DNA of 63,824 nucleotides, counting the filler, from Octopus bimaculoides (Eukaryota): NCBI RefSeq assembly GCF_001194135.2. It is 7 parts of 6 records of this genome, joined end to end, with 100 filler letters (N's around TTAATTAATTAA, not from the genome) between each part and the next. Parts side by side here need not be neighbours in the genome. Positions count along the whole stretch, not along the records: positions 1 to 25,281 come from NC_068983.1; positions 25,382 to 35,088 come from NW_026364721.1; positions 35,189 to 44,798 come from NC_068984.1; 4 more parts are not named here. One strand, written 5' to 3'. A program made the translations under genes and the position numbers. Every line of letters begins with the position of its first letter. The stretch's first letter is position 1. Positions 24,475-36,346 of the stretch are shown here, piece by piece. The notes under the pieces are model-generated. The model was not told where the DNA came from and searched no databases. It worked only from the letters and a program-made list of their open reading frames with translations.

Positions 24475-24815
24475 ACGACAAGCAGCTTCCCAACCACATG
24501 TTTCCGGGTTCAGTTCCACTGCATGACTCACTGGACAAGTATCTCCTACTATAGCCCCAGGCCGACCAAAGCCTTGTGAGTGGATCGATTTTGTAGACGG
24601 AAACTGAAGGAAGCCCATCGTCTACATACATACATGTCTGTGCCCATCTCCTTGATAACCGGTGTAAGTTTGTTTACTTCCCCGTAAGCTAGAGATTCAG
24701 TGAACATGTACCAGGATTTAAAAAAATAAGTATTGGGGTCAATTCGTTCGACTAAAACCCTTCAAGGCAGTGCTCAAGCATGGCGGTACTCCAATACCTG
24801 AAACAAGTAAAAGAT
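24475..24815 (+). mobile_element. SINE family A
   Basis: Aligns with 918-1285. Confidence 0.85.
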
Positions 24816-24984
24816 ACAAGGCATTTTCGAATAATGATTCATGGTAACCTTGTGAAATGTACATTTATTGAATGACCTTGACCACTGGTACAAAAAAGAA
24901 GCGATGAGACAGCCGAAAAAACCCCCAAAAAACATCATTTTATAAGACATCATTTTACTTTTAAGTGCCTATTCTTTTTTTTTT

Positions 24985-25180
24985 TCTACTCTTGGTGCAA
25001 GGCCCGAAATTTTGGGGAAGGGAGCCAGTCGATTGGATCGACTCCAGTACGCAACTGGTACTTAATTTTTCGACCCCGAAAGGCAAAGTTGACCTCGACG
25101 GAATTTGAACTCAGAACGTAAAGACAGACGAGATACCAATTTCTTTATTGCCCACAGGGGGCTAAACATAGAATGGTACA
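24985..25180 (-). mobile_element. SINE family B, partial
   Basis: Reverse complement matches family B core and tail. Confidence 0.8.
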
Positions 25181-25325
25181 AAACAACTGATTGGGATCAG
25201 TAAATGCGAATGGTTTACATAAAATATGACTTTAAAAATTATATAAAATATAAAAATCGAATGATATTAACAGTACGTTAGNNNNNNNNNNNNNNNNNNN
25301 NNNNNNNNNNNNNNNNNNNNNNNNN

Positions 25326-25337
25326 TTAATTAATTAA
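25326..25337. other. Assembly spacer TTAATTAATTAA centred in a 100-bp N gap (also 35133-35144, 44843-44854, 50714-50725, 58020-58031, 62053-62064)
   Basis: 44 N + 12-mer + 44 N layout at 25282-25381, repeated at the other sites; the 12-mer has stops in all six frames. Confidence 0.95.
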
Positions 25338-25929
25338 NNNNNNNNNNNNNNNNNNNNNNNNNNNNNNNNNNNNNNNNNNNNATAAAAATTATATATGCTA
25401 ATAAAAATACAAATATATATCTATATATATATAACGGCTATCAAGAAGGTAAATGTAATCGGCTAAACATTTTAAAGCGTGTCATGCGAATAAAAAACTA
25501 AATAAAATAAAAGAATGTTTTACTCTCCACAATTAAAAATATGTCAAAAAAGTTCATTTCATAAAAATGTTCTATTCAAAAACCATAAGAAATGTTGGTA
25601 TTAGTAATAAGGATTTGAGTCTTTCGGGGAAATCCTGTAATTGTAGAAGCCCTAGGTTATGTCCCCTTGACAGATTCTGTCTGATTACGGATACTATATA
25701 TATATGCGTTGTTAAAGAGGAGGGTAATCTAGGTAGATTTTAAATAGTCAGTATTGTTAATTTTAAGGCGACATGTAGGACCCATGTGAATTGAGATGCT
25801 ACATTGAGTTCGGTAGTTAAAATAATTGCTAAAAGCTTAGTGCCTAGTGTTGATTTTGTTGTTTTGCATATGGGCTGTGACATTTATTTGCTTTTTCTCC
25901 CAGTTAGGGGCGAAAATTGAATGCGTAAA

Positions 25930-26788
25930 ACGGTGCAGACGCCCAAGGCTGCTAGGGCCGGGACCTACGCTTCTGCAGCCAGTTAGCTAAAGAACGCTTC
26001 CACCGTCAACCTCGAAATTTAGGAGGCGGTGTTAGTTGAATTCATAGTAGAGGAAAGCAAACAGTTAATACAGTGGGAGGGATTAAAGTTAAAGTGACTC
26101 CTCCTGAAGAGATTACCAATTTAGAACGGAAAAAATTTGTCATATAAAGAACTATGTCACTGAAAAGGAAAAAGATTGAAATAGCACGTGAGGAGGCAAT
26201 TAAGAATCGATTCCAACAAATAATGAACGACATAACATCCTTCAGTAGAGGAAGGAGGTTCGGCAAAGCATACGTGCGTTTTGCAACCATACAGGACGCA
26301 CAATAGCAAACAATAACCCCATTAAAGTCGGAAAATGGGTTCTCCTGCAAATATATCTTTGCAAGAGTGTTGCGAGAGTCAGAATTGGCAGGATGCCCCC
26401 ACGAGATAAAGGAAATGTGGCTCATAGCTGCAATTTTAATGAATACGGACGAAAGCCAACAATTTTACAAGCTTCAAGAATAAAACAACTGAACTGGTGG
26501 AGCTACGGATTCGAAGTGACAATCCAAGACACCCAAAATGTCCTGGATTGAATATGCGATGAAATTGAGCTACCAGAAGATATAAAGTTACGAGTGGTGG
26601 TAGAGGTGAACCCTCCCACTTGCTGCCATTGTAAAACGAAGGGCCACGTAAAAGTAAATTGCCCCAAATCAAAGGTCACCAGCCCGAGGGAGGATACGAG
26701 AACGAGGAAGAAAACAACGATAGTAATAACATTGAAACCAAGAAGTACCAAGCAGGAAGAGGAGGGGACCGAGGAATTCACTGCCTAA
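25930..26788 (+). mobile_element. Non-LTR retrotransposon ORF1 (gag-like) pseudogene with CCHC zinc knuckle
   Basis: CCHCKTKGHVKVNC = CX2CX4HX4C, preceded by a disrupted RRM-like stretch (GKAYVRFAT); many stops and frameshifts. Confidence 0.75.
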
Positions 26789-28483
26789 AAAGTTTAAAAA
26801 AAAGAAAGAAGATATAGAAAAGAGTAGAAACACACAGAGAACACAACCACCTCACTAACACCTCAGAAATAAACCACCTTTGCATACAAACATGCTACTC
26901 CTAATAAGGATTCACAGACAAAAAGAGACACACAAGAAGACACACTACGCAGCCAAACCACAAGGATAAACTTCACATATATGGTAGCATACAAAAAAGA
27001 TACAGCAATCGATAAAAGTTTAATAAATGTTAGAAACATCGTTAGAATATAACCACATAGCAGTACACAAAACATGAATAGCATTATGATAGATATACAA
27101 TATTACAAAGCATCTTAAGACACTTTTAAAACAGACATACTTCCACTGAGGCTAGAGGTGAGATATGACACCCTCCCCCATGGTGGTAGATCTCGACGGA
27201 CCAGGTACATACATTTTATGGCCAAAGGAAAATTTTAAATATCGNNNNNNNNNNATACATTTTATGGCCAAAGGAAAATTTTAAATATCGTAAAACGATT
27301 ATCCTCATTATTATATATTCATCTTATCCATCGCTTTGTGTTTTATGTCCCCACTTTGTGTTGTCTGTGGTTGTGTCGTCTACTCTATATTCGGGCATCT
27401 GTTCTTAATAAAGAAATACCTGTGAATGACTAATTGTTGNNNNNNNNNNTGTTGTCCGTCCACGTGTCGTCTACTCTATGTTCGGGCCTCTGTTCTTAAT
27501 AAAGAAATACCTGTGAACGACTAATTGTTGAGATACCTGTGTATCCTGATGAGGTAATCATTAACGATGTGCACATTAACTCGTAATCGAACCGCGACAG
27601 TGAAGTCCCGGAATGGCCCAAGATGTGTTTGATTTGATTTTGTGTAATTCTCTTTTGCTCCTGGACCCTAATATTCTATGTGTTTTTAGGAAATGAACTT
27701 CTTTGATATATTTTTAATTGAAGGGAGGAAAAATAGGATTTTAGTCGCTTGATATTTTATTTTGGGTTTTTAGTCACTTGACACGCTTTAGAATATTTAG
27801 TCGATTGTATATACCTTCTTGATAAGCTGTTCTATATATTTGTGTTTTCATTTGCATATATAGTTTTTACCTTCTGTGTTTGTTATATACGCATTCTTTT
27901 TGTTTGCTAAAGGGCATCGTAATATCTATATCTGACGGTCTCTGTAGCCCCTTTGCTCTTTGAAATTACAAGGCGGATTGTGTGCACACTAAAATATTCT
28001 GTCCAAGGGACACTCTGTAAGGCCATAGAAAACCTACCAAAACTGTTGGGGGTGATTACAGAGATATATATATATGCACCTGTGTTCACACTCAAGTGCA
28101 GTCCTCTGTGTATGTCTCTCTCTCTTTCAATATGTATATATATATATATATATAAAAATATGCATATATATATGATTAATAAATTCAAAATAGGATAAAA
28201 AACTTTTACAAAATTTTATTAGGAAGCTAGTGTGCAAAAAAAATTCATAAGGGAAATATCTATTCCTAAGAATATAATTATTCGTTTATATTTATATAAG
28301 GGCATTTCTACAGAATAATGGCACACAACAGACTTCCCAAATAAACACATTTTAGTACTGAATGCGAGGAAAGCAATCCTCAAAAGAAACCAACTTTTCA
28401 AAAAAAGTTTCAACTATGTATCCACCGATTTCGCGATTACCAGAATGAAATGTAGTTTCCGTTCATCAGCATAGTATAGTACC

Positions 28484-28692
28484 ATATATATATAAATAAA
28501 CAAAATCCTCACCTTCCCGAAACGAACACATTATGTATCCTACAAAAAAAGCGAATGATGTGTATCTATATATATCTCTTCAAAAAAAGCTTTTTGAAGC
28601 GATATATATAGATAAACATCATTCCCTCTGCTTTGCCGAATACGTAAGGTGTTCGTTTTGGTAAGGTTAGGATTTCGTTTATTTATATATAT
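28484..28692. mobile_element. Foldback MITE with nested inverted repeats
   Basis: Outer ~53-bp IR (28484-28537 vs 28640-28692, about 6 mismatches); inner 33-bp IR (28553-28624, 2 mismatches). Confidence 0.75.
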
Positions 28693-29404
28693 NNNNNNNN
28701 NNNNNNNNNNNNNNNNNNNNNNNNNNNNNNNNNNNNNNNNNNNNNNNNNNNNNNNNNNNNNNNNNNNNNNNNNNNNNNNNNNNNNNNNNNNNNNNNNNNN
28801 NNNNNNNNNNNNNNNNNNNNNNNNNNNNNNNNNNNNNNNNNNNNNNNNNNNNNNNNNNNNNNNNNNNNNNNNNNNNNNNNNNNNNNNNNNNNNNNNNNNN
28901 NNNNNNNNNNNNNNNNNNNNNNNNNNNNNNNNNNNNNNNNNNNNNNNNNNNNNNNNNNNNNNNNNNNNNNNNNNNNNNNNNNNNNNNNNNNNNNNNNNNN
29001 NNNNNNNNNNNNNNNNNNNNNNNNNNNNNNNNNNNNNNNNNNNNNNNNNNNNNNNNNNNNNNNNNNNNNNNNNNNNNNNNNNNNNNNNNNNNNNNNNNNN
29101 NNNNNNNNNNNATTTATAATACAGATGAAGGGTTGACTAAAAGTATAAATTTGTGTTTTATGTTTTACAAATACAGCATTCTCGAGGTAAAAATTAATTC
29201 ATACTCAAATCGTAGATCAATGGAATATTTTGATCCCAAATATAACAAAATTCTAATTAACGTTAAATGCCATTTTACTTACCCACAATATTCAACTTCA
29301 CACGTTCCTCTCAAGTTTGATAATTCATACTCCAACTGCAATAGTCGTATATACATTATGTGAAAGAGGACTCAATAATGAAGTAAAAGTACAGATTTAT
29401 TTAC

Positions 29405-29700
29405 TACTAGCAGAAGCACCCGGCGTTGCCTGGGAATGAAATTTTTCCATGGATATTCGAAGAAAAAAAAAGCAAGATATGATGTATAGAAATATGTTCT
29501 TAATATATAAAGCTGTAAATCCATGCCATATATGAAAGGAGACATGCGGGAGACTGTTTTCCCTTCCCAAACCTGGGGTCAAATGCGGCAAACTGGTCCA
29601 TCGACTCTATAAGATATGACACATTAGATGGCTATTTTTAATGAAAGATCTCCGCAATGGCGCATATATCAGACATTTCTTTAATCTTTTAGTTGCTTCA
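29405..29700 (+). mobile_element. Helitron-like element (same 5' end as 13287)
   Basis: actagcagaagcacccggcgttgcctgggaatgaaatt start and shared downstream sequence. Confidence 0.55.
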
Positions 29701-30728
29701 GGCTTAATCATCGTCCATCATGCGTCACGACCTTGAAGATTTTACTCCAAAACCAGTACTTATTTATATAAATTGTATTTATTCTTTTGGTCACATTTTC
29801 CAAATGAAGTCCACTTAATATCCACGGTTACGATGATGTCATAGGATGTTATCCTGGCTCTAAACTATGAGTTCACCACATTCTACAGTAGAAAGAGGTG
29901 GAATCAAATAACATTTGATATTCCTGGTGTCGTATTTGTGTGTTACGTTTATATATATATGTATATATATATACATACATACATACTCGCACACGCACAC
30001 ACACATACGCAAACACACAAATAAACATATATAAAGCCTTATAGAAATGTAGGGATAATTGGGATATGAAAGAACATGACTGTGAACGTGTACTGGCGTC
30101 CTTGGCAACTCACTGGCATGTAAACGTGAATTGGCCTATTGGGTAAACAAAATAACTATCTTAGAATAGAATAGGTTTTCTGGTTTCCTGAATAATTTCT
30201 AAGTATGTATTTTTCATGGAAGTGTAACGATATGTAAAAAACCCGATGGTGTGAAAATCCAGTGACTGTCATCATTTCTCGAAGACATGAATGATATTTA
30301 ATAATGTTATTGAATTCATTATTCAGTTGTTGTTTAACTTTTATTCTATGAAGTACACACACACAGGCACCCACCCACACACCCCACACACGCACACACA
30401 CAGACACACACACATAAATATATATATGTACACACTAACTTAAATCCCGAACACCACATAGATTTTGGACTTTCTCAGTCGAAGCTGTAATTGAGCATGC
30501 GGTCCGAAACTAAACAGATCTAAACGATATCTCTAAAATACATCTATAATGTGTATATAGCCCCGTCGAAGATGAGAATTACTTCTGTAATGCAATCATA
30601 CTATTGTTTCAGTCCCAAGTTGAATACGAATGTCCTTATCTCGAATAAAATTAAGGACGTGAATGTCGCTTATCTCTGACGTCATCTAACAAACAACAAC
30701 CTTGTGGTGTGAATCAGTCAAGCTTTAC

Positions 30729-30927
30729 CTGCTAGGAATAGTAAAGCAAGTACTTTTAAATCAGGTCCGAATACTGTATGTTCAAGAATCGAATGAAGGG
30801 CAGATTTACATTTCCGGAATCATCCTGACTCCAAAATGTTTTAATAGGTCTATGTAGAGCAAATGTAGACTTAGATATATGGGTTCCGGACAGAGAGAAC
30901 TTCCCGTTTATGACAGCACTCAAATGA
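30729..30927 (-). pseudogene. Disrupted exon, putative adhesion-GPCR ectodomain segment
   Basis: Strong acceptor (ttattctttttctcattccag) and donor (GCAG|gtaaag); no single frame is open end to end (HLSAVINGKFSLSGTHISKSTF... in one frame, ...LEHTVFGPDLKVLALLFLA in another). Confidence 0.4.
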
Positions 30928-31094
30928 CTGGAATGAGAAAAAGAATAAAAGAAGATATATATGTGTATGTGTGTGTCTGTGTGCGTGTATATGTATACGT
31001 GTGTGTATATATGTGAAGAGCTACGTGAGAGAGATAGAGAGATAGAGAGAAAGTTAAAAACATTTTGAAAGTCAAAGAAGTCACAACTACTCAC

Positions 31095-31189
31095 AGCTCT
31101 AGATACGTTTTCAGCAGTTTTTATATCTTCTTTGATATTCTTAAATGTTGAATTGTAAGTCAGATGCAATAGAAAGGAATTTGTCCAGC
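31095..31189 (-). CDS. Exon WTNSFLLHLTYNSTFKNIKEDIKTAENVSRA, putative adhesion-GPCR ectodomain
   Basis: Acceptor ttttgtatctttttatag, donor GCT|gtgagt, only one open frame (phase 1 to 0), two N-glycosylation sequons. Confidence 0.55.
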
Positions 31190-31289
31190 CTATAAAAAGA
31201 TACAAAAATAAAAGGATATATCATTACAATTATAAATGAAACACACGCCACAACTGTTCTGAGTGTGAAAATAAAGATACAAACATAAA

Positions 31290-31476
31290 TATCTCAATAA
31301 TAACAGTGTTGTGAGTTGTACAGAGACGAAAGGATCCTTCATCAGATTCATTCAGTTCAATTCCAACTGGCAAACGCATGAACAGCACGCAATTTCATTT
31401 CCTTTGTTAATGGCAGCAGAGAAATTATAGTGTTGATAGACGCCTGGAAAATCCGTAAATACGCCGTCTGACTTTT
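31290..31476 (-). pseudogene. Frameshifted Cys-rich exon (KSDGVFTDFPG...ACCSCVCQ / NESDEGSFRLCTT), putative lectin-like ectodomain module
   Basis: Branch point aactaac plus caacag acceptor; frame broken at aactgaatgaat; donor position uncertain. Confidence 0.35.
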
Positions 31477-31604
31477 CTGTTGGTTAGTTCATAAGCATGT
31501 TTCATACAGTGATGTAGAATGCATCACGAAAGATATCTTATAAACACTGACAAAAGGTTATGTATGAAAAGTGATAGATATCATTACTATCTGTATAACG
31601 GCTT

Positions 31605-31930
31605 ACGCTACCATATAAGCGGGTTTAACTGGTTCAATTCTTGCTTGACTGGACAAGGGTGTTTGGTGCATCCGATATCTGAATAGGCAAACAAAGGTTT
31701 CTGGTCTACTGTATTTTGCTCTACAGTTACTAGGCTTAGTCACTGTACCTTGCCCCTAGGAGTTGCCTAACCTCCTTTGTAAGCAGAATGCTTTGAAGGA
31801 TAATGTGCTATTATTCATCGGATTTCGTATCGAATCAAAGATTGTACGCAGAAACTTTGATGCAGCCTGTTACTTGTATGATTTGCGATCATCAGCTTAG
31901 CCTGATTGTAGGCTTTCCCGGGACGACACG
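31605..31930 (+). mobile_element. Degenerate SINE-like repeat, family unassigned
   Basis: tRNA-like head (ggttcaattc) followed by a SINE-like body; no second copy recognised in the window. Confidence 0.3.
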
Positions 31931-32144
31931 ATCTTATATATGTAAATGGTGGATGCAATGACGCAATATAAAGCGCATGCTCTGATAAGTTACCTGAGAA
32001 AATATACAGATATGCAAACTCACAAGCATATTAAATTGTCGTAAAGTAATTCAAATACAAAGACAAACTTATTTCACATATACGTTTCCTCCTCCTACTC
32101 CACCTGCTACTACTCCTACTATATCTGTACTTCAAAATACTCAC

Positions 32145-32263
32145 GTGTAGGCTCATTTGGTTTTTCAGTGATGTCCCCTGAAGTGTAACACTGTGACATG
32201 TCCGATTCTTGCCAGACACCAGTAAATGGGGAACACTTTTGCATTTCTACGTCTATCGCCAAG
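32145..32263 (-). CDS. Adhesion GPCR exon, HRM domain C-terminal half (C|LAIDVEMQKCSPFTGVWQESDMSQCYTSGDITEKPNEPT)
   Basis: Acceptor tttcgttgttcctgtag, donor |gtgagt, 119 nt phase 2 to 1; C...G.W...D.S.C motif of HRM domains; in phase with the 32960-33074 exon. Confidence 0.8.
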
Positions 32264-32959
32264 CTACAGGAACAACGAAATAAATATAGAATATTATTAG
32301 ACTTCCTTATGCGTTTTTATTTCATGAATTTCAGAGAAATATAAGAACAATTATTAACCGGTTGGTGTATAAACTCATATTTTAGGAGAAGGAAGAAGCA
32401 TTTTGTCAGTAATCTGTTATTTACTCTACTCCCTATCCACAAAATCTTTTTAAAAGATCTAACTAAAGATTAGAATAAATAATTGCATGAAATAGTGTAG
32501 TAGAAACGACATACTGAGACTGGTCCCACGTTGATCTGCTTTCTTCGCTTTCCACCCTATAGTAACCATATAGTAACAAAACGTGTTGCTCTACAGTAAA
32601 TAATACAATTGAATAAATAATATTGCCCTGAATTCAATAGAATTAGTTGCGTCAAGATATGTGCTTCCTCCCTTACGTTTATTTTGTGAGGTGAAAATCA
32701 AGGCAATTACTTGAATCTTCAGAACAAATGTATTAAAAAATTTGTAATATTCGGAAGAAAGAAAATATTGCTGGTGAAACCAAGACACAAATTATGTCAC
32801 ATACTGCGGAAAATATAAAATAGTATTGTTAAATGTTTTGGTCGAACGCACATTAAATCTATCGTCTTAATCTATGTAGATGTTTTAATTACTATAACGT
32901 AGAATGTTCTCTAGCTGAAACGTCAAAATGTGGGAAGAAGTAAAACAATACAAACGAAC

Positions 32960-33074
32960 CAATGTCTTCTTGATGTATTTGCACCACATGGGATGGTCAC
33001 ATTTGTTCCTACTTTTGTCATTGGCCAGTAGAATGTACGATTCTTAGCTGATGTTGTGTTTTCATTGCAAACCA
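32960..33074 (-). CDS. Adhesion GPCR exon, HRM domain N-terminal half (VCNENTTSAKNRTFYWPMTKVGTNVTIPCGANTSRRHC)
   Basis: Acceptor gttttcgttctttttcag, donor TG|gttcgt, 115 nt phase 1 to 2; C...F.WP.T..G.....PC...R.C motif; splicing to 32263 creates the conserved Cys codon TGC. Confidence 0.82.
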
Positions 33075-33222
33075 CTGAAAAAGAACGAAAACGCTTTATA
33101 TATGAAATATTTACTAGGGAATTCGTTGGTGTGGTTTATATACATTTATACATGTACAATAATAATGGTCAGTTGTTGTTTGTAGTGGCAGCAGCAGCAG
33201 CAGCAGTAGCAGTAGTAGTAGC

Positions 33223-33260
<38 letters not shown>

Positions 33261-33468
33261 TAGTGGTAGTAGTAAACAACTTTTTGGATATGCTAACTGC
33301 TTTTAAGACGATGATATATAATGATTCCTTAACATATCTTGTGACAGACGCAAGAAAAGATAAAAACCTCCGAATATGTAAATATTTATAATTATTATGT
33401 AATCCTTTTAAGGTAAATCAGGCTTAACCCAAATAAACGATTCATCAATTCCTTCAAAAGTGGCTCAC

Positions 33469-33521
33469 CAATTCCAAAGTTGCAGAAGAAGGGCATTGTG
33501 ACAAGTGGTGTATAACAACAT
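33469..33521 (-). CDS. Candidate upstream exon (CCYTPLVTMPFFCNFGI|V)
   Basis: Donor TTG|gtgagc in phase 1, matching the next exon; acceptor ambiguous (33521 or 33529). Confidence 0.4.
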
Positions 33522-34249
33522 CTGATACTCTGTTCCATACAAAGATATGCATAAATACATACATATATATACATATATATTTATGCGTATTTGTTTATAT
33601 TTTTACACATCGTCGAGCAATTTTACATGGGATGAAATGACTGGTTTAAAGGATGCTATTTTCTCAAAGCGACTATTCAACTGATATCGGTGCTAAAATT
33701 TATTAATAAAAAACGGAACGATGTATAGGGAAAGAACTTATATCATTATTCGGCTTTGTGTAGATGTATTTTCCTNNNNNNNNNNNNNNNNNNNNNNNNN
33801 NNNNNNNNNNNNNNNNNNNNNNNNNNNNNNNNNNNNNNNNNNNNNNNNNNNNNNNNNNNNNNNNNNNNNNNNNNNNNNNNNNNNNNNNNNNNNNNNNNNN
33901 NNNNNNNNNNNNNNNNNNNNNNNNNNNNNNNNNNNNNNNNNNNNNNNNNNNNNNNNNNNNNNNNNNNNNNNNNNNNNNNNNNNNNNNNNNNNNNNNNNNN
34001 NNNNNNNNNNNNNNNNNNNNNNNNNNNNNNNNNNNNNNNNNNNNNNNNNNNNNNNNNNNNNNNNNNNNNNNNNNNNNNNNNNNNNNNNNNNNNNNNNNNN
34101 NNNNNNNNNNNNNNNNNNNNNNNNNNNNNNNNNNNNNNNNNNNNNNNNNNNNNNNNNNNNNNNNNNNNNNNNNNNNNNNNNNNNNNNNNNNNNNNNNNNN
34201 NNNNNNNNNNNNNNNNNNNNNNNNNNNNNNNNNNNNNNNNNNAATGTGC

Positions 34250-34578
34250 CAGAAGGTAGTAACAATGAATAGAGTAAGTACCGAAAATTACACTCAGAGT
34301 CACAAGTCCGAGCAAGGCTTTTTGTGGAAGGCTAGCAGTCACCTATGCTACCAGCTTCCCCTTTCCAGGTTACGGTAGTTTTCCAAATGAAAGGCAAAGA
34401 CCGATACAACTTGATAACAGTGACATCGCGATTAATTTCTGTAGCTGAAAGTACTGAAGTAATGTGAAATAAATTGTTTGCTCAAGAACATAACACCAGG
34501 CACCGTCTAAAAATCGAAGTCACTATATCATGATTGTCAGCCCGACGCTCTAGACACCGAATCAATCGCCTTCACTTA
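34250..34578 (-). mobile_element. SINE with a family-D-like tRNA head and a different body (family F)
   Basis: Plus strand tgtagctgaaagtactgaagtaatgtgaaataaa...gctcaagaacataacac...aatcgaagtcac is the reverse complement of a family-D-type head. Confidence 0.7.
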
Positions 34579-35426
34579 ACAATGAATGGGTACATTATTA
34601 TTCGACGATGTTTTAAGAGGAACATCTGATAAAGAAATCAGCCATGAATTCGGACAACAAAAATTAAAAACCTTATATTAAATAACCGAATATTATGCGA
34701 AATACATTATTGATATTTAGAATTATTTTACTTTTGAAAAAAGAAAGGAAACGTTAATAAACATCTAGCGGTAACTGCTACTAATTGGCAATTAAAGCCA
34801 GACATACCCCGCATAATCTGTAGGCAATTAATTGGCAGAGTTGTAAAGCACGTTATGCGAAATAGCTTCGTGATATTTGTTCCGATTCTCTGAGCCATGA
34901 TTTCAAATTTGGTTTCTTTATTTCCAGTTCTATAAAAGATTACGAGTCAGGCTGGGGCATCGGCGTAACTGGATGCTTTACCTTTCTCCTTCCAATATTT
35001 CACTTTCTAGTTTCAAATCGCAACTTGTCTATCTTGGCTAAAATGAATAATCCGTCATTTAGTTTAATGCCACCACCTGGCAGGTTTGNNNNNNNNNNNN
35101 NNNNNNNNNNNNNNNNNNNNNNNNNNNNNNNNTTAATTAATTAANNNNNNNNNNNNNNNNNNNNNNNNNNNNNNNNNNNNNNNNNNNNTATATATATGTA
35201 TATATATGTATGTATATATATATAAATGTATATATATATGTATATGTACATATACATATATATATATGTGTGTGTGTGTGTGTATGTATATATATATGTA
35301 TACATATACATAGATGCGTATGTAAATATATAAGTATATATGTACGGTATGCCTATAAATATATACATTTATATAGATACATATTTATATGTATATAAAT
35401 ATGTATGACTGACCTGCACCATCAGC

Positions 35427-35457
<31 letters not shown>

Positions 35458-35749
35458 GCAACAACAACAAAAACAACAACGAATACCATTACAACAACTA
35501 AGGGGACGACAGCACCGACAATTAAAAACAGTTGAATATTGCCCCATTAACAAAACTAACAACTATTTTAAAACGAGAATATATATAACAATAAGAATAG
35601 CAATGAAGATCCTCTAAAACGAAACTTTATGTCCAGCATATCTGTTGTAACAGTGTATGTTATATAAAACTATATACACGCTGATATGGCAGCATGTAAT
35701 TTATACATATTTACTGACAGATGCAAAAGACTCCATATATATCTTGTGA

Positions 35750-35960
35750 AAGGCGGCGTCCTGGCAGAAACGTTAGCACGCCGGGCGAAATGCTTAGCAG
35801 TATTTCGTCTGTCTTTACGTTCTGAGTTCAAATTCCACCGACTTTGCTTTTCATCCTCTCGGGACATCGATAAATTAAGTACTAGTTACGTACTTGGATC
35901 GATCTAATCGACTGGCCCCCTCCCCCAAAATTTTCGGGCCTTGTGCCTAGAGTAGAAAAG
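35750..35960 (+). mobile_element. SINE family B, full length
   Basis: ggcggcgtcctggcagaaacgttagc (A-box-like), gagttcaaattcc (B box), core ctttcatcctctcggg..tcgataaattaagtac. Confidence 0.9.
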
Positions 35961-36060
35961 ATATATGTCTTCTGAGTTACACTTTAATATTATCTGTGTG
36001 AACACACACACAAGTATATACATATGTAAATATATATGTATTCATATATATATTTTTATT

Positions 36061-36346
36061 CTTTTACTTGTTTCTGTCATTTGACTGCGGCCATGCTGGA
36101 GAACAGCCTTTAGTCGAACAAATTAACCTTAAGACTTATTCTTTGTAAGCCTAGTACTTATTCAATCGGTCCCTTTTGCCGAACCACTAGGTGAAAGGGA
36201 CGTAAACACACCAACATCGGGTGTCAAGCAATGGTGGTGGTAGTAGGGGGGGGGGGAGACAAACATAGACACAAACAACAAGCACATACATACATATATG
36301 TACATATGTAAATATAGATACGACGGGCTTCTTTCAGTTTCCCTCT
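36061..36346 (-). mobile_element. SINE family A (cut by gap)
   Basis: Aligns with 2326-2720. Confidence 0.88.

Noticed and set aside
25326-25337. Recurrent TTAATTAATTAA motif (six copies)
   Set aside because: Each is centred in a 100-bp N gap: a scaffolding spacer with six-frame stops, not biological.
27545-27600. CTGATGAG...GAAC possible hammerhead
   Set aside because: No convincing stem II, GAAA is replaced by GAAC, and no stem III or cleavage triplet was found.
31325-31351. Minus-strand CTGATGAAGG motif
   Set aside because: Not followed by GAAA after a stem; it lies in a putative GPCR exon remnant.
32591-32815. Strong minus-strand acceptor (ttttccgcag) between the HRM exons
   Set aside because: All frames stop before a usable donor, and the flanking exons already join in phase without it.
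35405-35617. Poly-Q ORF, and poly-V/A/I/N/T ORFs at 10349, 33056, 44232, 46068 and 62640
   Set aside because: Translations of (CAA)n, (GTA)n, (CAG)n and (ATT)n microsatellites, with no splice or homology support.
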